Shown here: positions 11,961 to 24,970 of the stretch, piece by piece
Layout: each line of letters opens with the position of its first letter
Numbering within the stretch: the stretch's first letter is position 1
Assembly: GCA_030704615.1 (NCBI GenBank)
Contig: CM060731.1
Span: forward strand, 87,420,001 to 87,484,000
Length of the DNA: 64,000 bases
Direction of reading: 5' to 3'
Origin: Takakia lepidozioides
Taxonomy: Eukaryota; Plantae; Bryophyta
Position numbers and translations under genes: made by a program
The notes under the pieces: model-generated
What the model was told of the DNA's origin: nothing
Database searches by the model: none
What the model saw: the letters and a program-made list of their open reading frames with translations, nothing else

Positions 11961-12422
11961 AAGATTGTTTTCCGAAATAGTTTATATTTTTAATGTTCAT
12001 ATTTTAATTTTTAGTTTTCATTTAATATTTAAAAGAACAGGGAGATTGCAGCCTTGGATTTTTTTTAATGGTATTATTTTTAATATTATTATTTAAAATG
12101 AAAGTGAATTAAATGATTTAAAATCTTCATTACATGGTGAAATTCCAACATGAAAACAGAATGGATCCCTCCTGCATACTATCAACCACAAGGAGAATGA
12201 AAATAGTCAACTACAGGGCAATACAAGCCCTATAAATCACATTACAAAAATCCAAATGAGACCAATATCCCAATGGACACCTCAAAAGCCACAAGGTCAA
12301 AAAATCCATGCCTCAAAAGGCCCAGCCAAAAACAAGCAAGCCCACACATGGGCTGAATTGTTGTAGCTAGTATGTTCTAGTGCTATTAGAATCAAGAACT
12401 CTGTTAAACAGTGCAATACTGA

Positions 12423-15400
12423 CTATCCCTTCCGCAGCTCCATAAGTTTCAGTAACTTTAGACTCCAAAGTGTTGTCTGGCCAACCACCTGCCCCAACTC
12501 GGTCTGTTTCCTAACACCATTCACATATGGTAGAGGGGTGTTACTGACACATGCCTCTTTGATGTACACACAGGCATAATCAAGGGGCACAGCAGGGTAC
12601 CCGTAACCCACCACAGCACCTTGAAGAGCAACAATCAGCCCTACTCCACATTTCTTGCGTTTGGAGTTCACATCCAACAGCCGAACCTCGTCACCCACCC
12701 TGAACTGTGATCCCAACTCCACACAAAAAAGAACACGATGTGAAAACCCATGACATACACACGACTAGGACACTCAACATTTGCGAGTTAAAGAGAGCCC
12801 CAAGGTTGGAAAAAATATAACAGACAAGACAACGGCCTGGACTTACTCCATTTGCAGTCTCCAGTGGTGGTGAGACCTCTTTTGGGGGCTACTCGCCGGG
12901 TCGACACTCTTGCCCCTCGTCTGTACCGGCTTGTCGACAATATCACCTTTGTTTGTCACAAGTTCCTGTGTCACAGACCAGAGATCAACCAGGAAAGCAA
13001 TGAGCAAACAGGAATAGTGAATAGAAACAAAATCCAAGTATGAATCAAACAAAAAAAGCCAACATGAAAAGCTGCAAAGAAAACCTAGCATTAATCAAGC
13101 AACCGAGGAGAAGCATCCAGGAAAGCAATGCAATGAATGAACCCACAAAAATGTAGCCTCTGGAGCACTGTCAGAATGTTTGTACCTTCACAGTAGCAGT
13201 GTTGTATGGTTGTTGTCCGAAAACAGGCTGAGACTCCAAAAACTTGGGAATACTGGCAGCTTTCGATGCCTTCCACAAGAAAGGCCACAACACCTCTGTT
13301 AGATACTCATCAGTTGGTGAATCTGGTTGCACCTTCCATGGCTCTGGAAAAATCCCACTGAAGGGAGGATTGTTTGCCGCCTTTCTTGGTGTGTCGTCAA
13401 CAAGAACAGTGTCCTCATAAGTCCATTCTGGCCAGTCTGCCCACACTGTAGACAAGTTCTTGAAATATAATGGCTTTGAATCAGACCCCTTACGGCATGG
13501 GAGGACTGGATCCTCGTCACAGTGAAGGGCATCCCACTGGAAAACCAGGTTAGTGTGGGCTGCAAAAATATAGTCCACCATTGGGAAGAAGTTGCGAGCT
13601 TGGCAACAAGACCACACCGCCACCTCAAAGTGTTCAAAACACTTTTGCAAAAAGTCATAACAGCGTGGTCTCAAAACTACCATCTTCTTGCCACACATCT
13701 TCCCCACAAAACCTTTGGGAAGGGATGCAGGCCCATTAGCAGAATGAAAAGATTCACATAACAGACCATTTAAGTCCAGAATTAGTAAATGCTTCCTCGT
13801 TGGTCCAGGAAGTAAACTGACATTTGGCTTCAACATGTGAGCAGGAGAAATTAAAGCAACCTGCTTGTTTGTTTTGTCCCCGTCTGCATCTTCCTCCCCA
13901 TCTAAACTCCCACATACCTGCATACCAGAATCCGGTGTGCCCGGCGGCTCTGTCACCATTGCCCCCTGGACTGCTACTGCCTTTGTACGTGGCAAGGGCT
14001 GAATTTCCACGTGTACCTCACAGCTGGCCTTCCCTGTATCCTGCTGCTGCTCGGTCAAATTCAAAAGATCATCAGTGACAGGAAGACATAAGGGCTTAGA
14101 GTGAGCACCAGTTACCGTCTGAAATTGGGATTCCAAACATTTTGATACTGTCACAGCAGACGTATCCATCGTAGATGTCACTGGTCCTGCGCCTGGTAGA
14201 TTAATCCCCAATCTGGTCACAATGGCTTTCTGGTACTCAATCATACTCTGCATCTGTAATTTTAATTCTGCCATGTCACGTCCTTGTGATTCCACCAGTT
14301 TGTCCAAGCCATCCATCCTGCCAACTACTGTAGAATATGCGAGACTTCCCTCCTGCCAATCCATGAAAACTTGCCCAAGTATGAATCAAACCAAAAAAAC
14401 CTAGCATGAACAACCATTGGAAAGAAAACCCAGGCCAAAAGCCGTGAAAAAAACCCTAGCAACCTATGATGCAGCAACCACTCTAGCAAACGTGGAAAAC
14501 ACACTTACCCGCCTGTCACTCCCAGCTGACAACCGTGACACTGAACCCTCTTGAATTTCATATAATGTAGGAGGGCACCCTGATAGTGTTTCCTACAAAT
14601 TAATCCATGCCACAAACAAACCCATGCCACAAGTCAGTAAGCAATGTGAGGGCTGACTATATACACATAGCAATTCAATGAGGAACAAAATACAGAGTCG
14701 TGATGATGCCACTTACCAAGCGTGCTTCCACCATTGCCTTCCCACCACGGCCAGTCTTGGTAGGATTCAGAATTGCACCATTTGCCTTCTTCATGTTGCC
14801 CGACACTTTGTGGAACACCTCTGTCTGCCAGTAACTTACAAGCTTGTTCCATACCTCGTCAGATACAGTAATGGGTTTCCCCTTACCACCCAACCACGCA
14901 GTGTGTGCTTCATAACGCTGGCTCTTCATTATTCTGCCAATTGTTTGTTTTAGGTGGAAGTCTTTTAACTCGTGCGGCGTATATGAAAATAGCTTAGCCA
15001 GGTGATCTCTGATTTCGTATACAACTTCATCAGGTTGGTTGTTGATGGCAAGGGAACAATCTAGCTTGCGATAAGCCTGTCCTTTAAGGGCAGCGTGCCA
15101 TACATTCCGGGTCTGACCATACGGGGCTCCTTTGAGGTTCGTCAAAATCACCGTGGGAGGAAGACCTGCAGCTATTCTCTCTTCCTTGACCTTGGCAGCT
15201 TCAATTTTGGCTGAGCTATTAGCCCTCCTTAAAGCATTGGTTCTATCATTCTTTGAAACGGCACCCTCCCCTCCTTCAGAGACCTCCGTGCGCTCAGGAG
15301 AATTCAAAGCAGGATCCTGCCAAGTAGGGACTGGTGGCCATGGTTGTTGGCCAGAAGGCCGAGGACCATACTGGCCATACTGTCCATAAGCAGGAGGATA

Positions 15401-16994
15401 TTCCGGTGGCCTGCCACCCCCATAGCTATTAGGGGGTGGCAAATATGGTGGAGGAGGATACTGGCCATACTGCCCATATGGAGGAGCACCATATTGACCC
15501 TGACCATACTGAGTGCCAGACTGTGGGTACTGAGGCATACCATAATAAGGTGGGGGTACTGGTGGCACAGAACCCACAACGTTGGGAGAGTTAGGGCCAC
15601 CTCCTGCGTTCTTGTGGGCGCCATCTCCATTGCTAGCAGCAGGGATCGTGGATCCAGTGCGCTTGTGCTTGCCCTGAAAAGAAATTCCCCCAGTACAATG
15701 TGGGTGATTACACATACATATAGGCAGCAAGCAGCAAATCCTTGAATTCAGGCAAAACAAACTGGAAGCACATATCATTTGTAAAGACAAGATTACCCAA
15801 AACTCAGTATGATCTTGGGCAGTAAATCTCCCAAATTTGATTGGCCCCAATGATGTCCTCCCAGTACATTTTTGAGCCCTCTTAGGTATGGGGTGTTCCT
15901 GAAATCCATAGCAAGAATTCAAATGGACAAACCTGATGGGTCCATGAGAAGTATCCCTCCAAGTTTTACTGATATTCTGGGTGCATAAGTAACCCAAGTA
16001 TCTCTATAAGTAGCCATTGTAGCTTAGTACCAGGACGTTGGTTTCATGGGGCAAAGAATTTGAACACACCTGAAGTCTACATTGGCCTGACATCATGCCT
16101 TTGGCACTTCAACTTGTCTAGTGGAAATCATTTGTGATTGTGCCTTGGCTGACCCCTGCATTGTCCAACTTCCCTGTCTTGACAGACATACCCTATCTCT
16201 TCGTGATTTTACCAAAAACATACATAATTAGAATCATGGTCATTGTGAAGAACTATAACTCACAGACGGAGAAGGTGTTCGTAGTGTAGATGATGGGCGT
16301 TTTTGTCCTGCGACATGAGCATGGGCATGTTCTCCTCGGCTTGCCGTGGCATCCGCCGACGACGCACTCGCCTCGCACTGGCGTGGGAGGAGTGGATCGT
16401 CCTCATCGTCCTCAGAAGAGCCCTCATGCAGAATCGTAGTCTTCATCGTCTTCAGTCTGGCACTTTGCCTTGCAGGACCTTGATCCCTACCTTTTTCCTT
16501 CGGAGCGCGTGGCTTGCGAGGGCGATTCGCTCCCGCAAGCCTGCACAAACACCTCCATGACCTCCCTCTCAAACAATCACAAACAAATGTAAGCATACAT
16601 ACCCTAATACTCTTAAGCCTACGCTGAACCACAGCCGCACCCTACCAGGACGTAATGCCTGCCCACGAATGACGGCGGACATCTCCCGCCTAATGACACA
16701 CCCTCCTCAAACCTAATCGTCACTCACTGCATGTTGTTTGCCTCTCTGTTTGTACAAGTCGCAGCTACTCGCCCCCATTTGTGCTATGAAGCTTATGATC
16801 GCTGTAGGAAGGTTAGAGGATAAGGCAAATCGCAAGTTTAGTGGGTGGGTATCCAAAGTCAGGAACTAAACTCACCCATCTATCGACTGCTTGAACGTTG
16901 CTTCCACCTCCTTTATGGCAGCAATCCGGCGCTCTCGGAACTTCTCGTACTCAGTGAGAGGGACTGTCACTTCGAAGACCTTCCGCTTCACCAT
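12423..16994 (-). CDS. CACTA ORF2 (TnpA-like) fused with an FCP1-like HAD domain; predicted exons 16994-16876, 16540-16264, 15673-14717, 14592-14509, 14352-13186, 12965-12847, 12699-12423 (999 aa)
   Basis: All junctions GT..AG and phase-compatible, total 3000 nt. N-terminal LTEYEKFRERRI; Ptta/Transposase_24-like VWNKLVSYW..SGNMKKAN..TGRGG; FCP1-like LILDLNGLL/LRP..FL..FEVAVWS/KNLSTVW/LVDDTPRK; C-terminal Tnp1/En/Spm-like domain (..PLPY..ELGQVVGQTTLW). Confidence 0.8.
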
Positions 16995-17119
16995 GGACAC
17001 TCAGAAACGATACTTATAGTATACTATAGATATAGAAATAGCACATTGGCAGCTGGTGCAAAACTAGAGACAATGCACTGTGCGTAGCATGCAAAGAGGG
17101 AAGGGGTGACGTTCAAAGC
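16995..17119. promoter_or_regulatory. Putative bidirectional promoter of the CACTA
   Basis: 125 bp between divergent predicted start codons; perfect palindrome TATAGTATACTATA at 17015-17028. Confidence 0.45.
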
Positions 17120-20100
17120 ATGTACAGTGCAGGTGGCGAACGGATGCGTAGGCGTAGAATAGATGACCGTCTATGGCGAATGGAAGAAGCTTATGCCACA
17201 AGGAATGGGCATACAAAAATGCTATGCAACTGCGATGAGTGTCATGGAGGAAAAGTACTCTTGTTGGAAACAGTGAGGAATCATTACATGATACACGGGA
17301 GGGATCCTCTTCTCCAACGCTGTTCTCTTCCGGTAAGATCGCCACTTTCCCTTCAGCACTTTAGTTTGAATTTTGAATGCAACGATCCTCTTCTCCACAT
17401 GTCGACATTTCGTTGGGTGATTGTAGTCAAGAAGTCATAAGATACAGACGTGAGTATGACTACGCCACTTCCGTTATCACTTTAATTAATGCACATGTCG
17501 TGTTTTCATTGGTCATGTGTAGTCATGTAGTCATATATGACTAAGTAAGTGACTGCAACTATGACTTCAATGGTTACAAATGTCGTGTTTTGATTGGGTG
17601 TATATTCATAAGATACATACGTAAATATGACTGCATCACTGCAACGTCACCGTGCCTCCTATGTCATAATATGAACAAGTGTCACATCGTTGTTGGTCCA
17701 CTCACAAGATGACTATTGGGATGCAGGGATGTGAATATTCAGATGATGAAGACGAAGGCCCTGCGGCACAGCGGGAGCCCAATGTCACAGAGAACGCAGA
17801 TGAGAGTGGTGGATTGGAGGTAGAAATGCAGCGTGCATTGCAGGAAGCGTTTCTCTTTGCAGATGCAAACAGAGAGGACCCCATTCATGGTGGAACCGAT
17901 CACACATTTGCCGATCATGACGATGATCTCGACGATTCCGGAGACAATGAATTTGATGAGAATGCTCACCTGCACGTTGATCCCGAGTATGATAAACTCT
18001 TCCGAGCGTCGCAATGTCCACTTTTTGAAGGGTGCTCCATCAGCCGGCTGCAAGCAACTTTGACGTTGCTGAACGCATGCACTACCCACAAGTGCACCAA
18101 TGCATTTGTGGATGAGCTTCTGGGATTGTTGCGTAAGAGTTTTTTGCCTAAAGAGAATTCATTGCCGAAAACTCACTATGAAGCAAAAACCATGATTGCC
18201 AAGATGGGATTGCAGTACACGATGATTCATGCCTGTGAGCGTGGTTGTGTACTCTTCCGTGGGGAGTATGAGAATGTAGACATTTGCCCAGTGTGCCGCA
18301 GTTCCCGTTACATTCCAGGTCGTGGAAGTGTGCCCAAGAAAGTATTGCGACACTTCCCTGTCATTCCAAGGTTGAAACGTATGTACCGATGTAAATCGAT
18401 CGCTAACCTCATGACATGGCACGACAGACATAAGAGCCAGGATGGGTTGGTTCGACATCCAGCTGATAGCAAAGCATGGAGACACATTGACACCACATTT
18501 GCGGATTTTGCTGCAGAGCCACGATCTCTGCGATTTGGATTGGCCTTAGACGGTGTAAATCCCTACGGAGCTCAATCCACAAGTTGGAGCACATGGCCCG
18601 TTCTCTTGGTCAATTACAATCTGCCTCCGTGGTTAATGACCAAAAAGTTCTTTGTCATGTTAGCGCTACTGATTCCTGGTAAGGAGTCTGTTACCTCGGA
18701 CAACGTAGATGTTTACCTGATGCCCCTAGTGGAAGAGCTATTGGAACTATGGAGAGGGATTGCAGCTCATGATGTTTCCCGTCCTCGTGGTCAACGCGAA
18801 TTCACACTGAGGGCAGTGTTGATGTGGTCAATCCATGACTACCCTGCATATGGCTTGCTCTCAGGTCAAGTGACGAAAGGTTATGCTGGTTGTCCAGCTT
18901 GTGGACCCGGGGTGACTTCACAGCAGTTACACACATGTGGAAAAATTGTTTTCCTAGGCCACCGAAGATTTTTGGCCCGCAATCATCCATATAGAAGGTC
19001 AAGAATGTTCAATGGCGCTACTGAGCATGGAACTCCTCCAAAAACGCAGACTGGAACACAAATCAAGGACCTTGCAACAGCTCGCACTGCATGGGTGGAA
19101 AACGGAGGGACGCCAGATAGCAGGACAGACCCAGCAAAAACTCATGGAGTTAAGCGATTGTCAATTTTATATGTCTTACCTTATTGGGAGGTAATTCCTT
19201 CATGGCCTTTAAATTGGCTGTGTACATTTTTGCGTTTTCTGTTTAAATTGTGATGAGTAAATGCTCAATTGCTTATGTGTTCATTTTGTAGGGTCTCCTC
19301 ATCCGCCACACGTTTGACGCAATGCATTGCGAGAAGAACTTGGCTGAAAATATTATTAAAACTATCTTTGGTGAGAAAGACACATTGAAAGTTCGCCGTG
19401 ATTTGGAGCTACTTGGGATGCGCCCGGAATTGTGGCTACAACGTGATCCTGACAGAGCAGATACGTTAATTATGCCTCCTGCCCCTTATGTCCTCACTGA
19501 GGCTGAGTTACAAGTCTTTCTGGAGATTGTGCAGAACTTGAAAGTGCCAACAGGCTACGCATCAGCTTTCAAAAAGCATGTGGTGAAGAAGAAGTTGTCA
19601 GGCATGAAATCACATGACTATCATGTGCTCATGCAGCAAATTATACCGCTTGCTATCCGTGGGCTCATGCCAAGTGGTCCTCGAAGGGCCATTTTGCGAG
19701 TATGTCGTGTATTTAAGAAGTTGTGTGCAAAAGTGGTGAATCCTGTAGAGTATGAGGAATTGAGAACTGAAGCAGTTCTCACTCTGTGTCTTATAGAGAA
19801 GGAGTTCCCACCATCATTTTTTGATGTGATGACACATCTGGTTGTTCACCTAGTGGATGAGTTGTACTTATGCGGGCCCGTAGCATCTCGTTGGATGTAC
19901 CCCATGGAGCGGGCAATGAAAGATATGAAGGGCTACGTAAGAAACATGGCAAGGCCCGAGGGGAGCATGGCAGAAGGATACCAATTTGAAGAAGCATTGG
20001 GTTTTTGCACAGAGTATATGGCAGGATTTGATGGAAGTGTACGAAGGGTGTGGGATGCAGATGAGGCAGAATCTGTGGAACGTGAAGTTGTGGAAGGAAG

Positions 20101-21273
20101 TTCTAAAGCCCGAAAATTGAATGACCTGTGTGATATTGTACATGAGTACATCATTCAGAACCATCCTCGTCTATCAGTCATGTTGGGGTAAGAAATCTAC
20201 TTCATTGACATTCAGATTTCCAAGTTTTAGTCATTTATCATTAGTTGGCATATGGCGTCTTTTCAAATCTCCCACGCCACCTCTGTCAATCTCCTGGCTG
20301 ACCCTCGGATTGTGACAGGATATATGAAGCAGAGTCCACACGGATAGAAGCCAGACGACGCTTGTTTCGTGAGGAGCAAGGGCTGGAAGGCATGAGCAAT
20401 CCCACGGCAATTCAGTACCCTCCTGATTTGCATCCTTGTCCTCCATTTGCTGTTTGGCTCCCTCAAGGTGTACGGGATCATCTCTCAATTCAATCAGATG
20501 GGCTTGATCCTACAACACGTGAGGAATTACTGGATCTTTCAAGGCCTCCATCATTTACTGCCCTGTCATTCAAGAGTATGACAGCGTATGGTAACCATTA
20601 CAGGGTTACATCCCCCGGCATGAACACAACAAGTATGGTGTCTTTTGATTGTGGAGTCTCATCTGTTTTCCAGCACCAGCCCATTACCAACAATTCAGGC
20701 AATGACATGGAGGAACCTACAAGATATGTGGGTCTTATAAGGGAGATTTTGCAAATTGACTATGGCCAAACACAGCCTATAGTGTTTTTGTGTTCGTGGG
20801 TACGGGCGAGTCGCGTGGGTCGTCAACCTATGTCAATGAAGCAGGATGATGCTGGCTTCACACTTGTCAATTTTAACCGTATGCTTCCACCTTCTGAGCA
20901 ACCTTTTGTGTTTCCTGGCCAGGTTGATCAAGTGTTTTTTTCTGATTGTGTGAAGGAGCCGGGGTGGAAAGTCGTCCTGGAGAAGAGCCCCCGAGCACGT
21001 AGAGTGGTCTGCGACATATCAATTGATAATGATGATGTGGCGGAAGTGGAAGGATTGTTAGCCCCACAAAGACTAGAGGAGACTGTGGTTACTGATGGCC
21101 CAACATGCAGCCGAGCGGTACCGGTTACTCCAGAGCAGGTGGCCTCCTTGTACCTCCGAGCACCCCGTATACGTGGTGATGATGTTCAGCCAACCCTTGG
21201 ACAAGATGAAGTCTGTGATGAAGACAGTGATACATGTAGTGACCCAGACATAGATGAGGATGATGAAGATTAG
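17120..21273 (+). CDS. CACTA transposase (TnpD/Tnp2); exons 17120-17332, 17727-19190, 19292-20187, 20319-21273 (~1175 aa)
   Basis: CNCDEC..VRNHY (transposase-associated domain); IHAC..C..CPVC; HPADSKAW, LALDGVNP, YNLPP, HDYPA (Transposase_21); DAMHCEKN; GMKSHDYH; FPPSFFDVMTHL, RWMYPMER; EQPFVFPGQVDQVFF; GT-AG introns in phase, no stops. Confidence 0.93.
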
Positions 21274-21639
21274 ATATGCGCGATTTGTGCACTCCAGTTA
21301 TAGACCATGCATGATAGTTTAAGGTGGTAACACTCCCTTCGCATTCCCATTAAGATATCATGCTTGGACACTGGATTTTATGATCAATTATGGAGTGCTT
21401 TCCTTTCAGCACCCTTTATTCATTTGTTGTTGCAATTGGCTTTGGACCAACCCGTGCTGGTACCATTGCCATGGGTTCTGCCTGCAATGTTTTCTTGCCA
21501 TGGATTCGGCACACGCCACGAAAGGCCATCCAGACCATCCTCTGGAAATGCTCCAATGTTGTTTCAAACATCTCCACATTGCAATGGATACAACACTGAC
21601 ATTAGATGAGTGAAAGTGAGACTAGACCTCCAGCCAGCC

Positions 21640-22495
21640 GGCTTTCCCACATCAAATTGAAGGGGATCTGTAGATTATAGATAACGGCTGTTGCCTTCTC
21701 AATGTCTTTTCCAATGACCTCTGCAATGAACTGGGGTATAAGATCCTTCAAATCACAAGTTTGAGCATCACGCACAAGCCACTTACGGGGATAGAGTTTC
21801 CAATGCGAACCATTGGTCTTTTATTGATAGCATTGTTGTAAAATACATGGACCAACATGGTCAATTTCGGGAATGACATATAGTACGCTTTCATGTACTA
21901 TGTAAGCATGCAACTATGTACCAGTGACGTGGCTTGTTCGCCACTTAACCTGTTTGCCCATTCAGCCAGCTCCACATTGTCATGGATTTTGCATGCTGGA
22001 TTGTGAGGCCATCCACACCGTCCTCTGGAAATGCTATCATGGGGTTTCAGCTATGTCCACATTTCCCTGGATTATGCCTGCACGAAGCAAGGCCAACTGC
22101 ATTCAGCACCCTCCACTTTATTATAGTATTGCAGCAACATTCAAAGCACTTCAATTTGTATCCATCGAAAACATCTAGGCTGGAAAAAGACATTGTTGCA
22201 GCAGAACTTAGGAAAGTACTTCTCCCCTTCCACTACACACGTGAAATGAAAGAAGCCAACCAACAGCATACCAGCCAAGAAAATATGAAACCAGCCAAGA
22301 AAAGAGCCAATATATGCAGTGAAGGTCGACACTAAATGAAACTTATCCAACACTTACATTAGAGGAGGGAAGCTAAGTCTTACCTCCATAAGCTTGCCCA
22401 CATCAAATTTGGGAGCTTTCAGAATTTCTCCTTTCCGGTTGAATGAACTTGGCTACAAGATCCTTCAAATCGCAAGTTTGAGCTTCACACACAAT
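21640..22495 (-). pseudogene. RPS3a: Two captured fragments of 40S ribosomal protein S3a (eS1)
   Basis: VRDAQTCDLKDLIPQFIAEVIGKDIEKATAVIYNLQ (~21665-21775); EAQTCDLKDLVAKFI and ILKAPKFDVGKLME followed by GT (~22385-22495). Confidence 0.8.
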
Positions 22496-22639
22496 GAACT
22501 TGCAGGGATTGAGCTTCCAATGCGAACCAGGAGTCTTATATTGATAGCATTGTTGTAAAACACATGGACCAACAATGACAGTCTCTGGAATGACATATAG
22601 TACAGTAATGACATATAGTACAGCATGCCGCTTCCAGTT

Positions 22640-23340
22640 GACCATCTACCCATGTAGGTTTCTTGTACCTATCCTTCCACAGGGAATCATAGGTAATGTG
22701 GAGCTTGAAATCCAGCCCTCTTGGATGAATGTGGACCCACACTCTATCCCTGCTCCTTCAGCTATCCATGCCTCTGACAGCCTACAATTCTACCAGCAAA
22801 CACCCCAACCATACTGGTGTGGAGTTCTTCCCCAAAACACCCCAACCCTACTTATCACAATCTGAAATGCATCTGCTTCTCTCTGTAGTCCAACAGGCAT
22901 TCGCCTTTTTGTCTCCATTGTCCCACCATTGGGGTCGGAAAGTGTTCACCCCAAAGCTTCTCCTCACCTCTATTATATGTTTTTGGATACTTCCCTGCTG
23001 CCACACTGGCAGTAACTTGCCAAAGTCACTCCAAACCACCACAGATGTACCCAACGACCTAACTTACAGAATTCAATATGCATCTTGCGGCCGAGTCTGA
23101 TGAGAGGGCAACACAGGCTGAAATAGGTTGAAGAAGAAGGTGCCCTACCACATTGTCCTTGACCTGTCCTGACCCATGGAGGATTTGACCGATGACCTCT
23201 TGTGTGTGCTGCTTGTGTCTGTAGTCAGGTAATGTCGGATTGGTCTGTCAGATCGAACCACTACGGCGTAGATGAGTAGTCAGAGATTGAAACACGCTTG
23301 CTAAGACCAAGCTGACTCTCCCAAGAACGGCGAGCTCGCT
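22640..23340 (-). pseudogene. Captured OSB PDF-motif fragments plus a block shared with the Pack-CACTA at ~1990-2930
   Basis: PRGLDFKLHITYDSLWKDRYKKPTWV and QWWDNGDKK; long nucleotide similarity to 2000-2135, 2250-2420 and 2650-2925. Confidence 0.7.
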
Positions 23341-24619
23341 TGTCCTCGTCTCGTCTCCTCCTCCTCTTCTCCTTCGTGCATCATTTGCTCAACGCCTCCA
23401 TCCCACGCCCCTGCATATCCTGCTATCATCGCGTTCCATCCCTCAGCTATGTGGTGTGGCGCAGGAGACAAAAAGACGCCAAGTCCCAGCCCTCCTTTCT
23501 GTTCACGATTACACTAATGGGCAACCTTATTAGCAAAAAATTTAACTTTTTTAAACCTAATGGGCAACCTTATTTGCATTATATGTGCCTTCAAAATGAC
23601 ACATGTAGTGATGTAGTCGTATATATAGAGCTCTGAAACTATCTTCAGTCATGGAGTCATAAGATTCCATGAAACGTCGTCCACGTGTAGTCAAACATAT
23701 CACACTAGTCATATAAACCATCCCTGTCATCATGGTCAACAATGTTTGACCAATGCTCCCTAACTTTCGAGTCATGTAGTGATATCCATTACTACAAAGT
23801 CATAAAACTAAAACTGTAATGCATTTCAGGGCTCTGTAGTCATGTACCTAGTGCAGTTTTTATGACTCCGCCAAACCCGTAGTCCTAAAAACGCTCATCT
23901 CTTGTAGTGAGGGCAGTTACTCCAAAACCAAGGCCCTTTGACCGAGAGCTCAAGCAGCTGGAAAGGGGCGGTGGATTGGAAGAAGGCGGATAACCTGGAG
24001 GTCGTAAGGCTCATAAATTCATATAACGATGACCTCATGACAGTAATATGGAAGGGTCAGCCGGTGACTCTGACAGAGGAATATATTGCTGATGCATTTG
24101 AGCTGCCCACAGAGGGGTACCAAGTCCAAAAATCCATTATGAACGCAACAGAGATGGTTTGTTGCGTACAAGTGTGCTCACGTTCTACCAACCCCCTTGT
24201 CGAAGTAGCTATTTCTGCCATATCTGGGATCCGCCCAACTTCCTCACAAAAGACTTGGTCACTTCTCATCTCTCTTCGAGAAGGGCTGAAGCCTGGGATT
24301 TACTAGTGGCTGAGATTCCACAACTTTGGACTTCCTTTCCTTCGGCTCAGGCGGTAGCAAGGCCCCTTCTAGCTTGGCTTGGAAAAGGAGCCCCCGGATC
24401 TGCACAATTGGCCTTCTACGCCCTAACTCGCCATGGCAATACTCTTTCTGGTTGGCAGTTCAAGGCAGATAGGGTTGGGGCCCTGTATCAGCCGAGGTTC
24501 TCCGATGTGCAGGAAGAAGGCCTCTTCGCGATCAGAGTTTTTTGCAGGACCACGGGGGAATGCAACCCTTCGGGAAATTATCTTGTTTTGGCTTCTTTCC
24601 CAAGTACACCCATGATGTG

Positions 24620-24970
24620 ACATTTGTTTTCCAATTCCTCTGGTAAGTAAGGGCACAATAACATTTCATGGTGCCTTGCCCAAATTTTTGGCATTATGAT
24701 AAATTTCAGCCCTAGATGTTATCTTGAAGATTGCCCATTTGGCTGCCATGCAGGCAGGTCAATGGTGCTCTAACACTGGATTTCCTGAAACCCTGGCACT
24801 TTGCAAAATTCTAGGGCTTTCATGATTTTTTGGCGCTGTAAATTCCCACATGTGCTCCTCTCTGACATCTGCAATTCATCTTCAAGGTTCACTTCCATCC
24901 ACTATCATCCATGGGAACTCGAGCGTGGCAAGTAATCTTGATCGATTTGGGTCGCGTCGTCCTTTAGGGG
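24620..24970. mobile_element. One-ended relic related to the piggyBac-like element at 40745-41513, upstream of NHX
   Basis: Terminus GGGTCGCGTCGTCCTTTAGGGG|TTAA is the reverse complement of a CCCCTAAAGGACGACGCGACCC TIR; internal CTGCCA..GGCAGGTCAA..TGCT similarity. Confidence 0.55.

Larger units (their letters stand above)
11248..23909 (+). mobile_element. Autonomous CACTA (En/Spm) DNA transposon, ~12.66 kb
   Basis: TIRs CACTACAACAGATGAGCGTTTTTATGACT / CACTACAAGAGATGAGCGTTTTTAGGACT (27/29 identical); TSD AGG at 11245-11247 and 23910-23912; intact transposase; subterminal repeats. Confidence 0.97.
10260..24160 (+). mobile_element. Gypsy 3' region (integrase tail plus downstream ORF), interrupted by the CACTA at 11248-23909
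   Basis: WKGPYKI..NNTIEL..VNQNKLRRY (GPY integrase tail, 10333-10470); ORF-like sequence continues on both sides of the AGG TSD (..VIWKGQPVTLTEEYIADAFELPTEG). Confidence 0.55.
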
